From: a virus
Taxonomy: Duplodnaviria; Caudoviricetes
Direction: 5' to 3' (one strand)
IMG/VR virus record: IMGVR_UViG_3300031753_000008
Coordinates: 1-59,946 of that record
Length of the DNA: 59,946 nt
Of the stretch, positions 37,487 to 46,091 are shown one piece after another (the first letter of the stretch is position 1; every line of letters begins with the position of its first letter). A program made the translations under genes and the position numbers. The notes beneath the pieces are model-generated. The model had not been told where the DNA came from. It searched no databases and saw only the letters and a program-made list of their open reading frames with translations.

Positions 37487-37888
37487 TCAGGCCGCGACGG
37501 ACTCCGCCGGCGCTGCCGCCTTCGCCGTCCTCGCGACCGGCGCCGGGATCTCCACCGCGCGGTACAGCCCGGCCTCGACGGTCACCCGCCCGGTCCTCGC
37601 CAGCCGGTTCAGGTTGGCCGCGACCAGCCCCGGCGGCCAGCCCAGCGCCTTGATCAGCGCCTCGCGCCTGATGCCGGTCGCATTGTGCCGGCGCAGCACA
37701 TCGACGATGCCGGGCTTCGCCGCCGCCGAAGCGGCCCCTGTCGTGCGCGGCACGCCGATCAGCGCCTCGGCGTCGTCGATAAGCTTCCTCGCCGCCGCGA
37801 TGTGCCCCGGCGCCTCGCCGATCGCACCCTTGGTCGCGGCCTCGAGCTTCGCCCGGCAGCCGCGCAGCAATTCGATAATTCCCGCCAT
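37487..37888 (-). CDS. Protein with C-terminal winged-helix-like domain
   Basis: AGGAG RBS; REALIKALGW...NLNRLARTGRVTVEAGLY. Confidence 0.6.
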   Translation of the reverse strand: MAGIIELLRGCRAKLEAATKGAIGEAPGHIAAARKLIDDAEALIGVPRTTGAASAAAKPGIVDVLRRHNATGIRREALIKALGWPPGLVAANLNRLARTGRVTVEAGLYRAVEIPAPVARTAKAAAPAESVAA

Positions 37889-37962
37889 TGCCCTACTCCT
37901 GCGCCTCGCACCCCCGCGCGAGGGTTTACCATGCCGGCGCCGATCGCTCCTAGCCGATACCT

Positions 37963-38139
37963 TCAATGCGGCGGCGACGCCGCCAGGCTGGCGGCCGCGA
38001 GCGCGACGACGCGCGGGATCGGCGACCGGCCGCCCTCGAAGCGCACGATCTGGTCGCGGCTCATATCGAGCGCCTCGGCGAGCTGCGCCTGGGTCAATCC
38101 GAGGCGCTTGCGCAGCGACCGAAGCTCGTCTGGACGCAT
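37963..38139 (-). CDS. XRE-family HTH regulator
   Basis: LRSLRKRLGLTQAQLAEALDMSRDQIVRFEGGRSPIP. Confidence 0.9.
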   Translation of the reverse strand: MRPDELRSLRKRLGLTQAQLAEALDMSRDQIVRFEGGRSPIPRVVALAAASLAASPPH

Positions 38140-38266
38140 CGCGGGAATAACGGTAGCATCGTCCGGTCGCCGGGCTTGCTTGGCGCGGATAGAAACATTG
38201 CTACGCACGGGGATGTGCGGGTTCCGATCGCTCCCCGCTCCTGGTGAGCGGGGAGCGCGCCCGATG

Positions 38267-38671
38267 CTACCCATGGATCATGTCGTAATCAGCGCCGGGG
38301 TAGGCTGCCAGCACCTCGGCCCGCAGATCGCTCGGGCAGTTGGCAAGCGTCTGATATCCCGCCGCGGCCAAGGCGCGCTGCATCTCGGCCCCGCCCCAAA
38401 GCACGACGGCATGCTTGATTGCCGCGACCTCGCGCCCTGGGCGGCAGTCGCGATTGACCATCGCCAGGAAATCGCCGGGACGATAGGCCACATCCCATGC
38501 CGCCTCGGTTGCTGCGCCATTCCTAGCTGGTGTCGGGCGGATCAGAACAGGTAGGCCGTAGCTGCTCATCGGGTGGGCCGTCGATGCCCAACATCCGTAG
38601 GTGCCTGCGTCGGTCACGACTTGCACACGCGGCCCCAGATCGGGGTGATCGTCTGGACGTGTTGCGCTCAT
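38267..38671 (-). CDS. Hypothetical protein
   Basis: GGAG RBS; TAHPMSSYGLPVL motif. Confidence 0.65.
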   Translation of the reverse strand: MSATRPDDHPDLGPRVQVVTDAGTYGCWASTAHPMSSYGLPVLIRPTPARNGAATEAAWDVAYRPGDFLAMVNRDCRPGREVAAIKHAVVLWGGAEMQRALAAAGYQTLANCPSDLRAEVLAAYPGADYDMIHG

Positions 38672-38692
38672 CTGCGCTCTCCCTTCTGCACT

Positions 38693-39025
38693 CTACCTGT
38701 AGCTCTTTGCCGAGCCGTGGCGGTACGGGTTATAGCCTTCGCCGCCCTCGTTATAGCCGCGGTCGTATGCGCGCTCTTTCGAGACCCGCGATGCGTTCGG
38801 CCGAGCGCCCCGTGCTCCGGCCCAGCTCTTGGGAGCTGCTTGCCGGGCTGCCCGGATCGCGGCCTCTTCCGCCCGAAGTGCGGCGACTTGCCCGGCGGCC
38901 AGCGTCACGATCACGGTGGAGGTTGAGTCGACCACCGAAACCCCGTCCCGGCCGAGGTAGAGAGGGCGCCCATCGATCTTGATGTTGAGGCCGTCCTTTG
39001 TGACTTCCTGGCCGTTGATCTGCAT
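38693..39025 (-). CDS. Hypothetical protein with YD..YNEGGEGYNPY motif
   Basis: GGAG RBS; first gene after the promoter at 39051-39079. Confidence 0.7.
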   Translation of the reverse strand: MQINGQEVTKDGLNIKIDGRPLYLGRDGVSVVDSTSTVIVTLAAGQVAALRAEEAAIRAARQAAPKSWAGARGARPNASRVSKERAYDRGYNEGGEGYNPYRHGSAKSYR

Positions 39026-39050
39026 TTCCGTGCTCCCGTCTGACACTCGT

Positions 39051-39079
39051 AATGTAGGATTTTGCAGCATCGTATGCAA
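39051..39079 (-). promoter_or_regulatory. Sigma70-type promoter of the leftward accessory operon
   Basis: TTGCAT-17 bp-TACATT on the minus strand. Confidence 0.65.
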
Positions 39080-39239
39080 GCAGAAAATGCGGCTTTACGC
39101 AGCTTTTTTGGGGCGGGAGCGAGGGTGGCGGGGCGGCGAACGCCTCGGCAACCGCCGTGCCGGCCCCGTGCCAGCCGGCCGCGCGCGTTCGCGTCGCGGG
39201 CGCTCACGTCGCTCGCAGACGCGGCAGCGGCGTTTCCGA

Positions 39240-39456
39240 CTGTGCCGGGTTCTGTGCGGACGCCGGCACCCCCTTTGCCGATCCTGCCGCGCCGCTTCAT
39301 GCGAAAAACCTCAGGAAGACTGCGGCGTTGGTTGGCTGGGGGACTAGGATTCGAACCTAGACTGGCGGAGTCAGAGTCCCGCGGCCTAGCACCGAAAGGG
39401 GCGGCTTTCCTTGGCTTTTGGGCCGCTATCCGCTGTCCCTGTGCCGGGTTTTGTGC
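39240..39456. repeat. Putative integrase arm-type sites flanking the att core
   Basis: ctgtgccgggttctgtgc (39240-39257) and ctgtgccgggttttgtgc (39439-39456), 17/18 identical. Confidence 0.65.
39333..39379 (-). other. attP core: 3' half of tRNA-Gln(CTG) including CCA
   Basis: Minus strand GGA-CTCTGAC-TCCGCCAGTCTAGGTTCGAATCCTAGTCCCCCAGCCA, 6 bp past the integrase stop; no D arm or 5' acceptor strand. Confidence 0.9.
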
Positions 39457-40546
39457 CGGTGACCGCCGCCTGCAGGTGCTCATTTTCCAAAAACGCGTAA
39501 ATCTGCTCGGTCACCAGGACCGACGAATGCCCGAGCCACCGGCCGACTTTCTCCATGCTCATGCCGTGCTCTTGCAACAGCCGACAGCCGCAGGTTCGGC
39601 GCAGATCGTGCCAGGTCAGCGGCGGGATCTTGGCGCGCCTTGCGGCGCCGGCGAGGCCCTTGTTCATCGCCTTGTAGCGCTCGCCGGTGTCGCCGTTGAT
39701 CAACACATAATCCGAGCGTAGCTGCGCCGGCTTTTGTGCCAGGATCGCGCGCGTCCGGGGCAACAGCGGCACCTCGCGGGCGCGGCTGTTCTTGCTGGTG
39801 TCCTCGCTGACTTCGATCGCGTTTTTGTCGAGGCGGAGAACCGGGCCAGAAGCGGCCAATCGACCCCGGCGCAGCGTGAATTGTTCCCCCCGCCGCAACC
39901 CGGTATCGATGGCGATGGCGATCGCGTCGGCAAGGTCCTGCGATCCGTGACGATCGGCCGCCGCCGCAAGCAGCTTTGCTTCTTCCTCGATCGACAGATA
40001 CCGCCGGCGCGGCGCCGCCTCGCGCAGCCCGCGCTTCTTTGCCCGCTTGAGATAGCCCGCCACCGGGTTGAAATCGCACCATTCGAGCTCAATCGCGAAC
40101 CCAAACATGCTCGATAGACAGGCGAAGTCGCGGCGTATGCCGCCGGCCGATATTGCCTTCGGGCGCCGCTTGCCTCTCATCCCCTCGGGGATACGCACGC
40201 CCTCGCGCCTTCGCCCGGTCTCGAATTCACTGAGCTTGGCGCTGGTGATTTGGTCGAGGTAAAGGCCCTCGAAGCCATCGGTCAGCGCGTCAAGCGAGAC
40301 GGCGTAGCGTTTGGCGCTGCTTGGCTTTAGCCGGGGCAGATGCTCGTCGATAAACCGAACCCCGAGATCGTCGAAGGTGCGGCGAGGGCGCTCACCAAAG
40401 GCGACGCGGTCCAGTTCTTCGAGCCAGGACCTCAGGCGCCGGCGCGCAACTTCTTTAGCCGTTGTCTTAAGGGACCGGCGGAGATCACGGCCTTTACGCT
40501 GGACACGTCCCCACCAGACCCCGCCGCGCTGATAGAGGCCCGCCAT
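39386..40546 (-). CDS. int: Tyrosine integrase
   Basis: TGLRRGE, WHDLRRT, LGHSS and catalytic Y (EQIYA). Confidence 0.95.
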   Translation of the reverse strand: MAGLYQRGGVWWGRVQRKGRDLRRSLKTTAKEVARRRLRSWLEELDRVAFGERPRRTFDDLGVRFIDEHLPRLKPSSAKRYAVSLDALTDGFEGLYLDQITSAKLSEFETGRRREGVRIPEGMRGKRRPKAISAGGIRRDFACLSSMFGFAIELEWCDFNPVAGYLKRAKKRGLREAAPRRRYLSIEEEAKLLAAAADRHGSQDLADAIAIAIDTGLRRGEQFTLRRGRLAASGPVLRLDKNAIEVSEDTSKNSRAREVPLLPRTRAILAQKPAQLRSDYVLINGDTGERYKAMNKGLAGAARRAKIPPLTWHDLRRTCGCRLLQEHGMSMEKVGRWLGHSSVLVTEQIYAFLENEHLQAAVTGTKPGTGTADSGPKAKESRPFRC

Positions 40547-40734
40547 TCTTTCGTCCTCTGTCCATCCCACCATCGCCAGAACAGCGCTTCGTCAAAGCGC
40601 CACGCCCCGCCTTCGCCCGCTGGCTGGTAGGCGCCCGGTATCTTGCCCGCCGCCGCCATCGCGGTAAACCAGCGGCGCGAGAGCCCCGTGGCGCGCGCCA
40701 GCGACGCGCTGCTGACGTGGCCGCGATCAGGCAT
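40432..40734 (-). CDS. xis: Excisionase-like HTH protein
   Basis: AAGKIPGAYQ...GAWRFD; overlaps the integrase start. Confidence 0.75.
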   Translation of the reverse strand: MPDRGHVSSASLARATGLSRRWFTAMAAAGKIPGAYQPAGEGGAWRFDEALFWRWWDGQRTKEWRASISAAGSGGDVSSVKAVISAGPLRQRLKKLRAGA

Positions 40735-40918
40735 CGCCGGCCACGCGCAACCAGGCATCCCGCAGAAATTTATGCCAGGCTCTCGCCGCTGCCCTCTTTG
40801 CTCCGGCGATCGAAGCATAGGGGCGGTCCCGCAAGTAATACTGCCCGCTGACGCTCAGCATGGAGCCCGAATAGGCGCGCTGCCAACCCCGATCGACCTG
40901 CCAGCTTAGCGCCATCAC
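40727..40918 (-). CDS. Hypothetical protein
   Basis: Coupled 63 aa ORF. Confidence 0.55.
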   Translation of the reverse strand: MMALSWQVDRGWQRAYSGSMLSVSGQYYLRDRPYASIAGAKRAAARAWHKFLRDAWLRVAGDA

Positions 40919-41505
40919 CCGCGCTCCTTGCGCGCCTGATCCATCGCCTCATTGAGCCGCGCGGCGGCGCCGGGATCACCGCCGCGGTCGGGGTGCGCCT
41001 TTTCGAGCTTGGTGCGCCACACCGCCTCGATGGCGGCCAACGGCCAGTCGCGCTCGACGCCGATCACCTGCCACCACGGCGGCTCGCTGCTGGCCGGCGG
41101 CGGGAGCATCGGGCGCGCTCCTTCGACCGCCTGCTCGCGGGTGTAGGTGCCGTAGCGTTCAAAGGCCCGTAGCCCGGTTAAGGTCAGCGCAATCGCGTGC
41201 AAATTGTCCGCCCGCTCGCCATAGCTGTCGCAGGCCAGCACGCGCAAGTCGGAGCCGGCGGCGCTCCGAGGCATCGCCCACCACACCGCAACGGCGGGAT
41301 CGATCCGGCCTTGACGATAGGCCGGCGCCATCGAGATCACATGGCCGCGCGCACCCCAGCGCTGCATTTCCTCGGCTATTTCCTTGTGCGCCTTCGCCAG
41401 CGAAGTCCGAAACGGCGAGCGCTGGCGCTCGGCCGCGCGCGGCTTGCCCTCCGGCCAGCACAGCGGAAACTCGGTCACCTCGTCGAGCGAGCGATATTCG
41501 ACCAT
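40915..41505 (-). CDS. Phage J-domain protein
   Basis: FPLCWPEGKPR, LACDSY and C-terminal AHPDRGG...LNEA. Confidence 0.85.
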   Translation of the reverse strand: MVEYRSLDEVTEFPLCWPEGKPRAAERQRSPFRTSLAKAHKEIAEEMQRWGARGHVISMAPAYRQGRIDPAVAVWWAMPRSAAGSDLRVLACDSYGERADNLHAIALTLTGLRAFERYGTYTREQAVEGARPMLPPPASSEPPWWQVIGVERDWPLAAIEAVWRTKLEKAHPDRGGDPGAAARLNEAMDQARKERG

Positions 41506-41723
41506 CACCCGCCCCTCGCGCATTGCGCCAGAGTCTTGCCGCGGCCTGACACCATCCACTCGTCGACCGCCAGCATCGTCGCCAGCACGGCGCGCATTGT
41601 GGTCAGCTCGCGATCGGCCGCCTCCTGCTTCATCCGGCCGCCGGCAACCCACTTCGGATAGACGCGCTCGCGCAGCGCGATCTCGCGCTTGACGCAGGCG
41701 ATCTGGGCAGCGGAGTCGGTCAT
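41505..41723 (-). CDS. Conserved phage hypothetical protein
   Basis: QIACVKREIALRERVYPKWV..GRM. Confidence 0.75.
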   Translation of the reverse strand: MTDSAAQIACVKREIALRERVYPKWVAGGRMKQEAADRELTTMRAVLATMLAVDEWMVSGRGKTLAQCARGG

Positions 41724-42088
41724 TCCGCGGCCTCGGCGATGGGCTGTCGCGGCGGCCTGCGAGCCTCGTGCAATGCCTCATCTCGAGTGCAGCCCTTGCG
41801 GCGAAGCGTTTTGTAGACCTGGAGCTGCGCCGGGGTGAGCCCGCGCAAGTCAACGTTTTTTGCGGCCAACGCCGCCTTGCGGGCGGCCGACATGCGGGCG
41901 CGCACCTCGGGATCGGCCAACGCCGCCTTGCGGGCGGCCGACATGCGGGCGCGCACCTCGGGATCGGCCAACGCCGCCTTGCTGGCGGCCGACATGCGGG
42001 CGCGCACCTCGGGATCGGCCCACGCCGCCTTGCTGGCGGCCGACATGCGGGCGCGCACCTCGGCCGAGCGCTTATAGGTCCGGCTCAC
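41720..42088 (-). CDS. Basic protein with NUMOD3-like tandem repeats
   Basis: GTG overlapping the upstream stop; ADPEVRARMSAA(S/R)KAA about 4 times. Confidence 0.7.
   Translation of the reverse strand: MSRTYKRSAEVRARMSAASKAAWADPEVRARMSAASKAALADPEVRARMSAARKAALADPEVRARMSAARKAALAAKNVDLRGLTPAQLQVYKTLRRKGCTRDEALHEARRPPRQPIAEAAE
41864..42062. repeat. 51-bp tandem repeat, about 4 copies
   Basis: Unit ggccaacgccgccttgcgggcggccgacatgcgggcgcgcacctcgggatc with minor variants. Confidence 0.92.
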
Positions 42089-42786
42089 GCCATCTCTCCC
42101 GGCAGCAGCGGCCCGAGATCGGCGCCATCGGCGAGGCCGTCGATCGCAGTCGCGAGGCGGCGGCGCTCGGCGAAGAGGCCGTGGCGGCGGGCGCGTTCCA
42201 AAATCTCGTCGCGCATGTCGAGGAAATCGGCGAGGGCCTGGCCGAGCATCTTTTGCTGCGCGTCGTCGCGGAAAGTGCGCGCCAGCACCGGAGGCATCGC
42301 CGGGTGATACGAATAGCGCACGACGAAGTCGAACTCGCCGACGAAGATCTGCCCTTGCGCCTGCGGCAGGTAGTCGGGGCCGAACCCGTCGATCAGGTAT
42401 TGCAGGTGCGTCCATGGGGCCGGGCATTTCAGCTCCAGCGCCGCGGGCTTTCCGACAATGAGCCGATCGGGCGTCGCGCCGACTCGCCCGTCGTCGGTCG
42501 TCAGAAAGCCGACCGCGGCCGTCGCGACCTCTTGCTCGAACTCGTACATGCGCAGGGCCGCGGGCTCGAGCTCCTGGCCGCGCTCCATCCACTCGATACC
42601 CTCGATCGACTCGGTGACCTGGTTGAGCAGCAATTCGGCGGCGAGCCGAAAGGCGTAGCCGCGCGCCTGCTTCGAGAGCTGCCATTTCGCCGGCGTCACG
42701 ATGCGGTGAAATTGCGAGGCGGTCGGGATGCCTAAACGAGCGCGGAGCCATGCCGCGCTTCCCTGTTCGCAATCGATGATCTTCAC
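42085..42786 (-). CDS. YqaJ/lambda-exonuclease family protein
   Basis: EQGSAAWLRARLGIPTAS, MERGQELEP, GATPD, LELKCP and QAQGQ. Confidence 0.92.
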   Translation of the reverse strand: MKIIDCEQGSAAWLRARLGIPTASQFHRIVTPAKWQLSKQARGYAFRLAAELLLNQVTESIEGIEWMERGQELEPAALRMYEFEQEVATAAVGFLTTDDGRVGATPDRLIVGKPAALELKCPAPWTHLQYLIDGFGPDYLPQAQGQIFVGEFDFVVRYSYHPAMPPVLARTFRDDAQQKMLGQALADFLDMRDEILERARRHGLFAERRRLATAIDGLADGADLGPLLPGEMA

Positions 42787-42823
42787 GGGGGCGCCTGCGT
42801 GCAGCCGTGTAGCTGATGGTGGA

Positions 42824-43225
42824 TCATGGCGCGCCCTCCGCGACCGGCTCGTCGCCGAGCAAATGGCAGCACGAGCACAGCCACAGGGTTTTGTCGCCGC
42901 GCCGATAGCGACGGAGGCGGTGCGTGCACTGGCATTCGCCGACCCGGTGCACGACGAAGGGCAGCTCGGTTACGGAATCGTAAAGCTCCGGTATTATCGG
43001 CGGGCCCACCACGTCATCGGGACACTCGCATCGCGGCGCCTCGATCGTCTTTTCTGTCGCCGCGGGCTGCGCCTGGTCGCCTTCGCAGCAATGCGCGATC
43101 CCCGAGCCGCCGCAGTCGGGGCAGGGAAGCTGACCGCGCACCGTCGCGCATTTGCCGCTCCGCACGCGCAAACTCGTGGTCCTGGCCGATATCTGGCCGC
43201 GGCCGTGACAGCGTTCGCATCGCAT
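42824..43225 (-). CDS. Cys-rich zinc-finger protein
   Basis: CERCHGRG...CPDCGGSG..HCCEG plus further Cys pairs; the frame stays open upstream to 43678. Confidence 0.55.
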   Translation of the reverse strand: MRCERCHGRGQISARTTSLRVRSGKCATVRGQLPCPDCGGSGIAHCCEGDQAQPAATEKTIEAPRCECPDDVVGPPIIPELYDSVTELPFVVHRVGECQCTHRLRRYRRGDKTLWLCSCCHLLGDEPVAEGAP

Positions 43226-43678
43226 CACAGCCCCCATCCGCTTGACGACGAGCACCCGCCGGCGAGCGAGGCCGGGCCGGCCAGGCGCGCCGGCCCGTAG
43301 CGGCGCCGCGGCACGTCGTCGGCAAAGGGCTTGGCCGTCGCCATCTCGGCCGGCCATTCGCCGGCGGGGGCCGCGAGCCGGGGTGCTGCGTGGTTGGCGG
43401 CGACCTTGCGGCGCAGCTCGGTTATGCAGCGCTCGGCGCCGCAGGTCGGGGCGGTGCCGCGCCCAGCGCATCCGGGTAAACCCGACAGCGCGCAGGCAGG
43501 CGGCGATCGCCGCGAAGTCGTCGGGGCTCGGCCCCGTCGCCGCCAGCGCCTTCAGGGTCGCGACATCCTCGTCGCCGACGATGCCGAGCGCATATTTGAA
43601 CGGCGCGCCAAACCCGGCGCCGGGGCCGAACACCCGCAGGATGCCCGAGGTGACCTCGAGGTGGACGGGCGGGCTCAC
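43226..43678 (-). CDS. Hypothetical coding region, possibly fused or degenerate
   Basis: GTG at 43678 is coupled to the ERF stop; boundaries unclear. Confidence 0.35.
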
Positions 43679-44448
43679 GACTGCCCCTCCCGCCTGGCCT
43701 TGCGCGCCATCAGCAGGTTGATCGCCACCGGGTAGGCAGCCTGCTGAATGTCGGGCAGCGCCTCGACATTCAGGGTGCGGCAGAAATCGTCGAGATTGAC
43801 CGCCAGCTCGCGCATCAGGTCGGACAATTCCTTGACCTGCTCGGCGCTGATGTACTCGGCCCCGCCCTTGGCGCCGTCGTCGTCCTCGCCCTCGAAGACG
43901 AGGTTGAGCAGCATGCGCGTCGTGTAGCGCTGCCCGTAGGAAGCGGCCGACCCGCCGGCCTGCAGGTTGTTCTTGCCGCCCGAGGTATCGAGCGGCAGCG
44001 GGATCGAGGCCGAGCGGCTGTGCCCGTCGACATGCAAGAGGGTGCCCGAGCACAACAGCCGCCCGTCGCCGCCCGACGGGCTGTCGAAGATCAGCGAGAA
44101 GCCCTCCGCGATCAGCAGCGGGCGGATCGCCGCGTCGATGTCTTCCCAGCGCGCGAATGGGATCGATGAGCCCTTGCCGCCGCTCTTGCCCGGATACGCG
44201 ATCTTGCCGCGCCTCGTGATCCGGGGCAGCCGAGCCTGCAACCGGGCATAGGCGGCGTTGAAGGCGGCGCGCGCCTGGTCGGCCTCCAATTCGCGCTGCA
44301 TGCGCAGGAGCGCCTCCATCTTGGCGACGTCGACCGCCGGGTCGGTCGCCGCCCGCGCGATCAACGCCAGCATCGTCGCCGGCGTGGCGCGCCCCTCGGC
44401 GGGCGCGAGGTCGCGCCCGGCTTCGATCAAATCAGCCGTCTCTGCCAT
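43675..44448 (-). CDS. ERF-family ssDNA annealing protein
   Basis: FARWEDIDAAIRPLL, LLHVDGH, QAGGSAASYGQRY and EDDDG. Confidence 0.9.
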   Translation of the reverse strand: MAETADLIEAGRDLAPAEGRATPATMLALIARAATDPAVDVAKMEALLRMQRELEADQARAAFNAAYARLQARLPRITRRGKIAYPGKSGGKGSSIPFARWEDIDAAIRPLLIAEGFSLIFDSPSGGDGRLLCSGTLLHVDGHSRSASIPLPLDTSGGKNNLQAGGSAASYGQRYTTRMLLNLVFEGEDDDGAKGGAEYISAEQVKELSDLMRELAVNLDDFCRTLNVEALPDIQQAAYPVAINLLMARKARREGQS

Positions 44449-44644
44449 CGTCTTCCCCCTTCTCCTCGAACAGCGGGCCGGCCTCGACCGCATGCGTCGC
44501 GTCCCACGCGTCGAGCACGGTCAGCCAGCGCCGCAATTCCGCACCGGTGGCGCTCTGCCTCCCGTGCGTCTTGACCGTCGCCTCGGCATGCGCGGCGGCG
44601 GCGCGCGCGATGCGCCGCAGGATCGCGTGCTCGGTGAACCTCAC
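44432..44644 (-). CDS. Hypothetical protein
   Basis: GTGA-coupled ORF in the early-left operon. Confidence 0.55.
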   Translation of the reverse strand: MRFTEHAILRRIARAAAAHAEATVKTHGRQSATGAELRRWLTVLDAWDATHAVEAGPLFEEKGEDDGRDG

Positions 44645-44811
44645 GGGTGACAGCTCGGATCGCCGGCGTGCTGGGCGCACCAGGCCTCGTGCGCGTCCCT
44701 TTGCGCCATCTGGTAGCCGACATAGCCGCCGATCATCAGCGGCACGCAGCCGCCCAACCCCCACATCAACAGAGCCGCCAGCAGCAAGCCGCGCGCAAAT
44801 TTCCCAATCAT
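44641..44811 (-). CDS. Small lipoprotein
   Basis: GAGGAG RBS; LLLAALLMWGLGG|C; terminal Cys pair. Confidence 0.65.
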   Translation of the reverse strand: MIGKFARGLLLAALLMWGLGGCVPLMIGGYVGYQMAQRDAHEAWCAQHAGDPSCHP

Positions 44812-45014
44812 GGCGCGGTCTCCTCCTCGAGCGTCGGCTGGACGTGAGTGCAATCGAGGCACAGCGCATAGCCGCGCGGTTTGGGCGCCACCTCGGCGGT
44901 GAGGTCGATCCGCTCGAACTCGCCGTCGCGGTATTCGGCCCAGGCGATGACCTGGACCGCGAGCCGCCCCGAGCCGCAGCGCCGGCACCCGGCCCGGACG
45001 GTGTGGCGCATCAT
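44808..45014 (-). CDS. Zinc-ribbon protein
   Basis: CRRCGS...CLDC. Confidence 0.6.
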   Translation of the reverse strand: MMRHTVRAGCRRCGSGRLAVQVIAWAEYRDGEFERIDLTAEVAPKPRGYALCLDCTHVQPTLEEETAP

Positions 45015-45142
45015 CCGATGGCCGCGAGAAAAAACGCGAGCAGCAGCCAGATGACCGAGAGCGCCATGACGGCGCCCATCGCCAGGCGCAGCGTCCGCAG
45101 GCGCTCGCCCCGCCGTTGCGCTTGCCCGGCATCCCAACTCAT
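45011..45142 (-). CDS. Small TM protein
   Basis: Coupled at both ends; C-terminal hydrophobic helix. Confidence 0.5.
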   Translation of the reverse strand: MSWDAGQAQRRGERLRTLRLAMGAVMALSVIWLLLAFFLAAIG

Positions 45143-45330
45143 TGCCGGCTCCCCAAGTGCCAGCCGCCGCAATGCGGGCAGCGATAGGCCGCGCGAGGGC
45201 GCTCGCCGCGGCGGCGGGCCGCCTTGCTGGCGCGCACCTGCACGCGGTGCGCGAGGGCCGGGCTGGGAAACCGCTTCTTGCCGGCGCACCCCGCCTGGCG
45301 GTGCCAGGCTTCTCCGGTAGAGCGGCTCAC
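45139..45330 (-). CDS. Phage zinc-finger protein
   Basis: CAGKKRF...AYRCPHCGGWHL. Confidence 0.7.
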   Translation of the reverse strand: MSRSTGEAWHRQAGCAGKKRFPSPALAHRVQVRASKAARRRGERPRAAYRCPHCGGWHLGSRQ

Positions 45331-45632
45331 CGGTGCGTCTCCGGCACCGGCTCGATCATCAGCCGGTAGGTCTTCCCCGTGCCGAGCAGCTCGAAGACGA
45401 GCGTATGCCGGCCGCTCGCGACATAATCGGTCGGGACCGATACATCGGCGCGGCGGGCGAACCGCAGCCCCTCGACCTCGAACACGCCCGCGCGCCGGAT
45501 CGCGGCGGCAAAGGCGTCGGCGTAGCTGGTGATCCCGGCCAGTCGCCGCTGGTAGGCCTCGTGATCGCGCTGGCGCGCTTCGGGCGTGCCGTAGAGTGCC
45601 GCTTCCGCCGGCGACAGCCGCAGGTCGCTCAC
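45327..45632 (-). CDS. Hypothetical protein
   Basis: GTGA-coupled with a GAGG RBS. Confidence 0.6.
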   Translation of the reverse strand: MSDLRLSPAEAALYGTPEARQRDHEAYQRRLAGITSYADAFAAAIRRAGVFEVEGLRFARRADVSVPTDYVASGRHTLVFELLGTGKTYRLMIEPVPETHR

Positions 45633-45958
45633 GACGCCACCTCGTGGCGCAACAGCGTTTCGACCCGCGCCGAGAGGAGCGCCATCGTCTGGGAGGCGCC
45701 GTGGAGCTCGCCGATCTCGGCGGCGACCGCTTGCGCCAAGGCGGGCTCGCCGGCGAGCCGCAACGCCGCGGCCGCCTGGTCCAAGACCTGGTTGCGCAGA
45801 TACCCGATGCGGGGCTCCTCGCTCGCGGCATAGAGCCGGGCCGCCGCCGTCGTCAGGTGCCACTCGCGGGTGTCGGGCAGCGCGCGTCTCAGCGCCGGCA
45901 GCACCGCCGGCGCCGCGTCGCTCTCAACTTCGGCCGCTGTCGGTTTTTTCGATGCCAT
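45629..45958 (-). CDS. Hypothetical protein, first gene after PL
   Basis: GGAG RBS; 109 aa. Confidence 0.65.
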   Translation of the reverse strand: MASKKPTAAEVESDAAPAVLPALRRALPDTREWHLTTAAARLYAASEEPRIGYLRNQVLDQAAAALRLAGEPALAQAVAAEIGELHGASQTMALLSARVETLLRHEVAS

Positions 45959-45996
45959 CGCACTCTCCCCCTGCCCGCGTGGTTGCGTTCGATGTC

Positions 45997-46039
45997 GTCA
46001 TACGGAAATACCGTACGATGGTCAACCCATTTTCCCGTA
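45997..46039 (-). promoter_or_regulatory. PL promoter and OL operators
   Basis: TTGACC-17-TATGAC on the minus strand; palindrome TACGGAAATACCGTA (46001-46015) and a half-site match 24 bp on (46025-46039). Confidence 0.8.
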
Positions 46040-46091
46040 TGGCGGCAGAAATAAAAGTTCCCCCAGACTTTTCGAGAAAGGGGGAAAGCCG

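Noticed and set aside
39333-39379. Functional tRNA-Gln gene
   Set aside because: Only the anticodon loop to CCA is present. The anticodon stem pairs for just 3 bp and the upstream sequence is the integrase end.
41864-42062. CRISPR array
   Set aside because: Contiguous in-frame 51-bp units with no unique spacers, and no cas genes.
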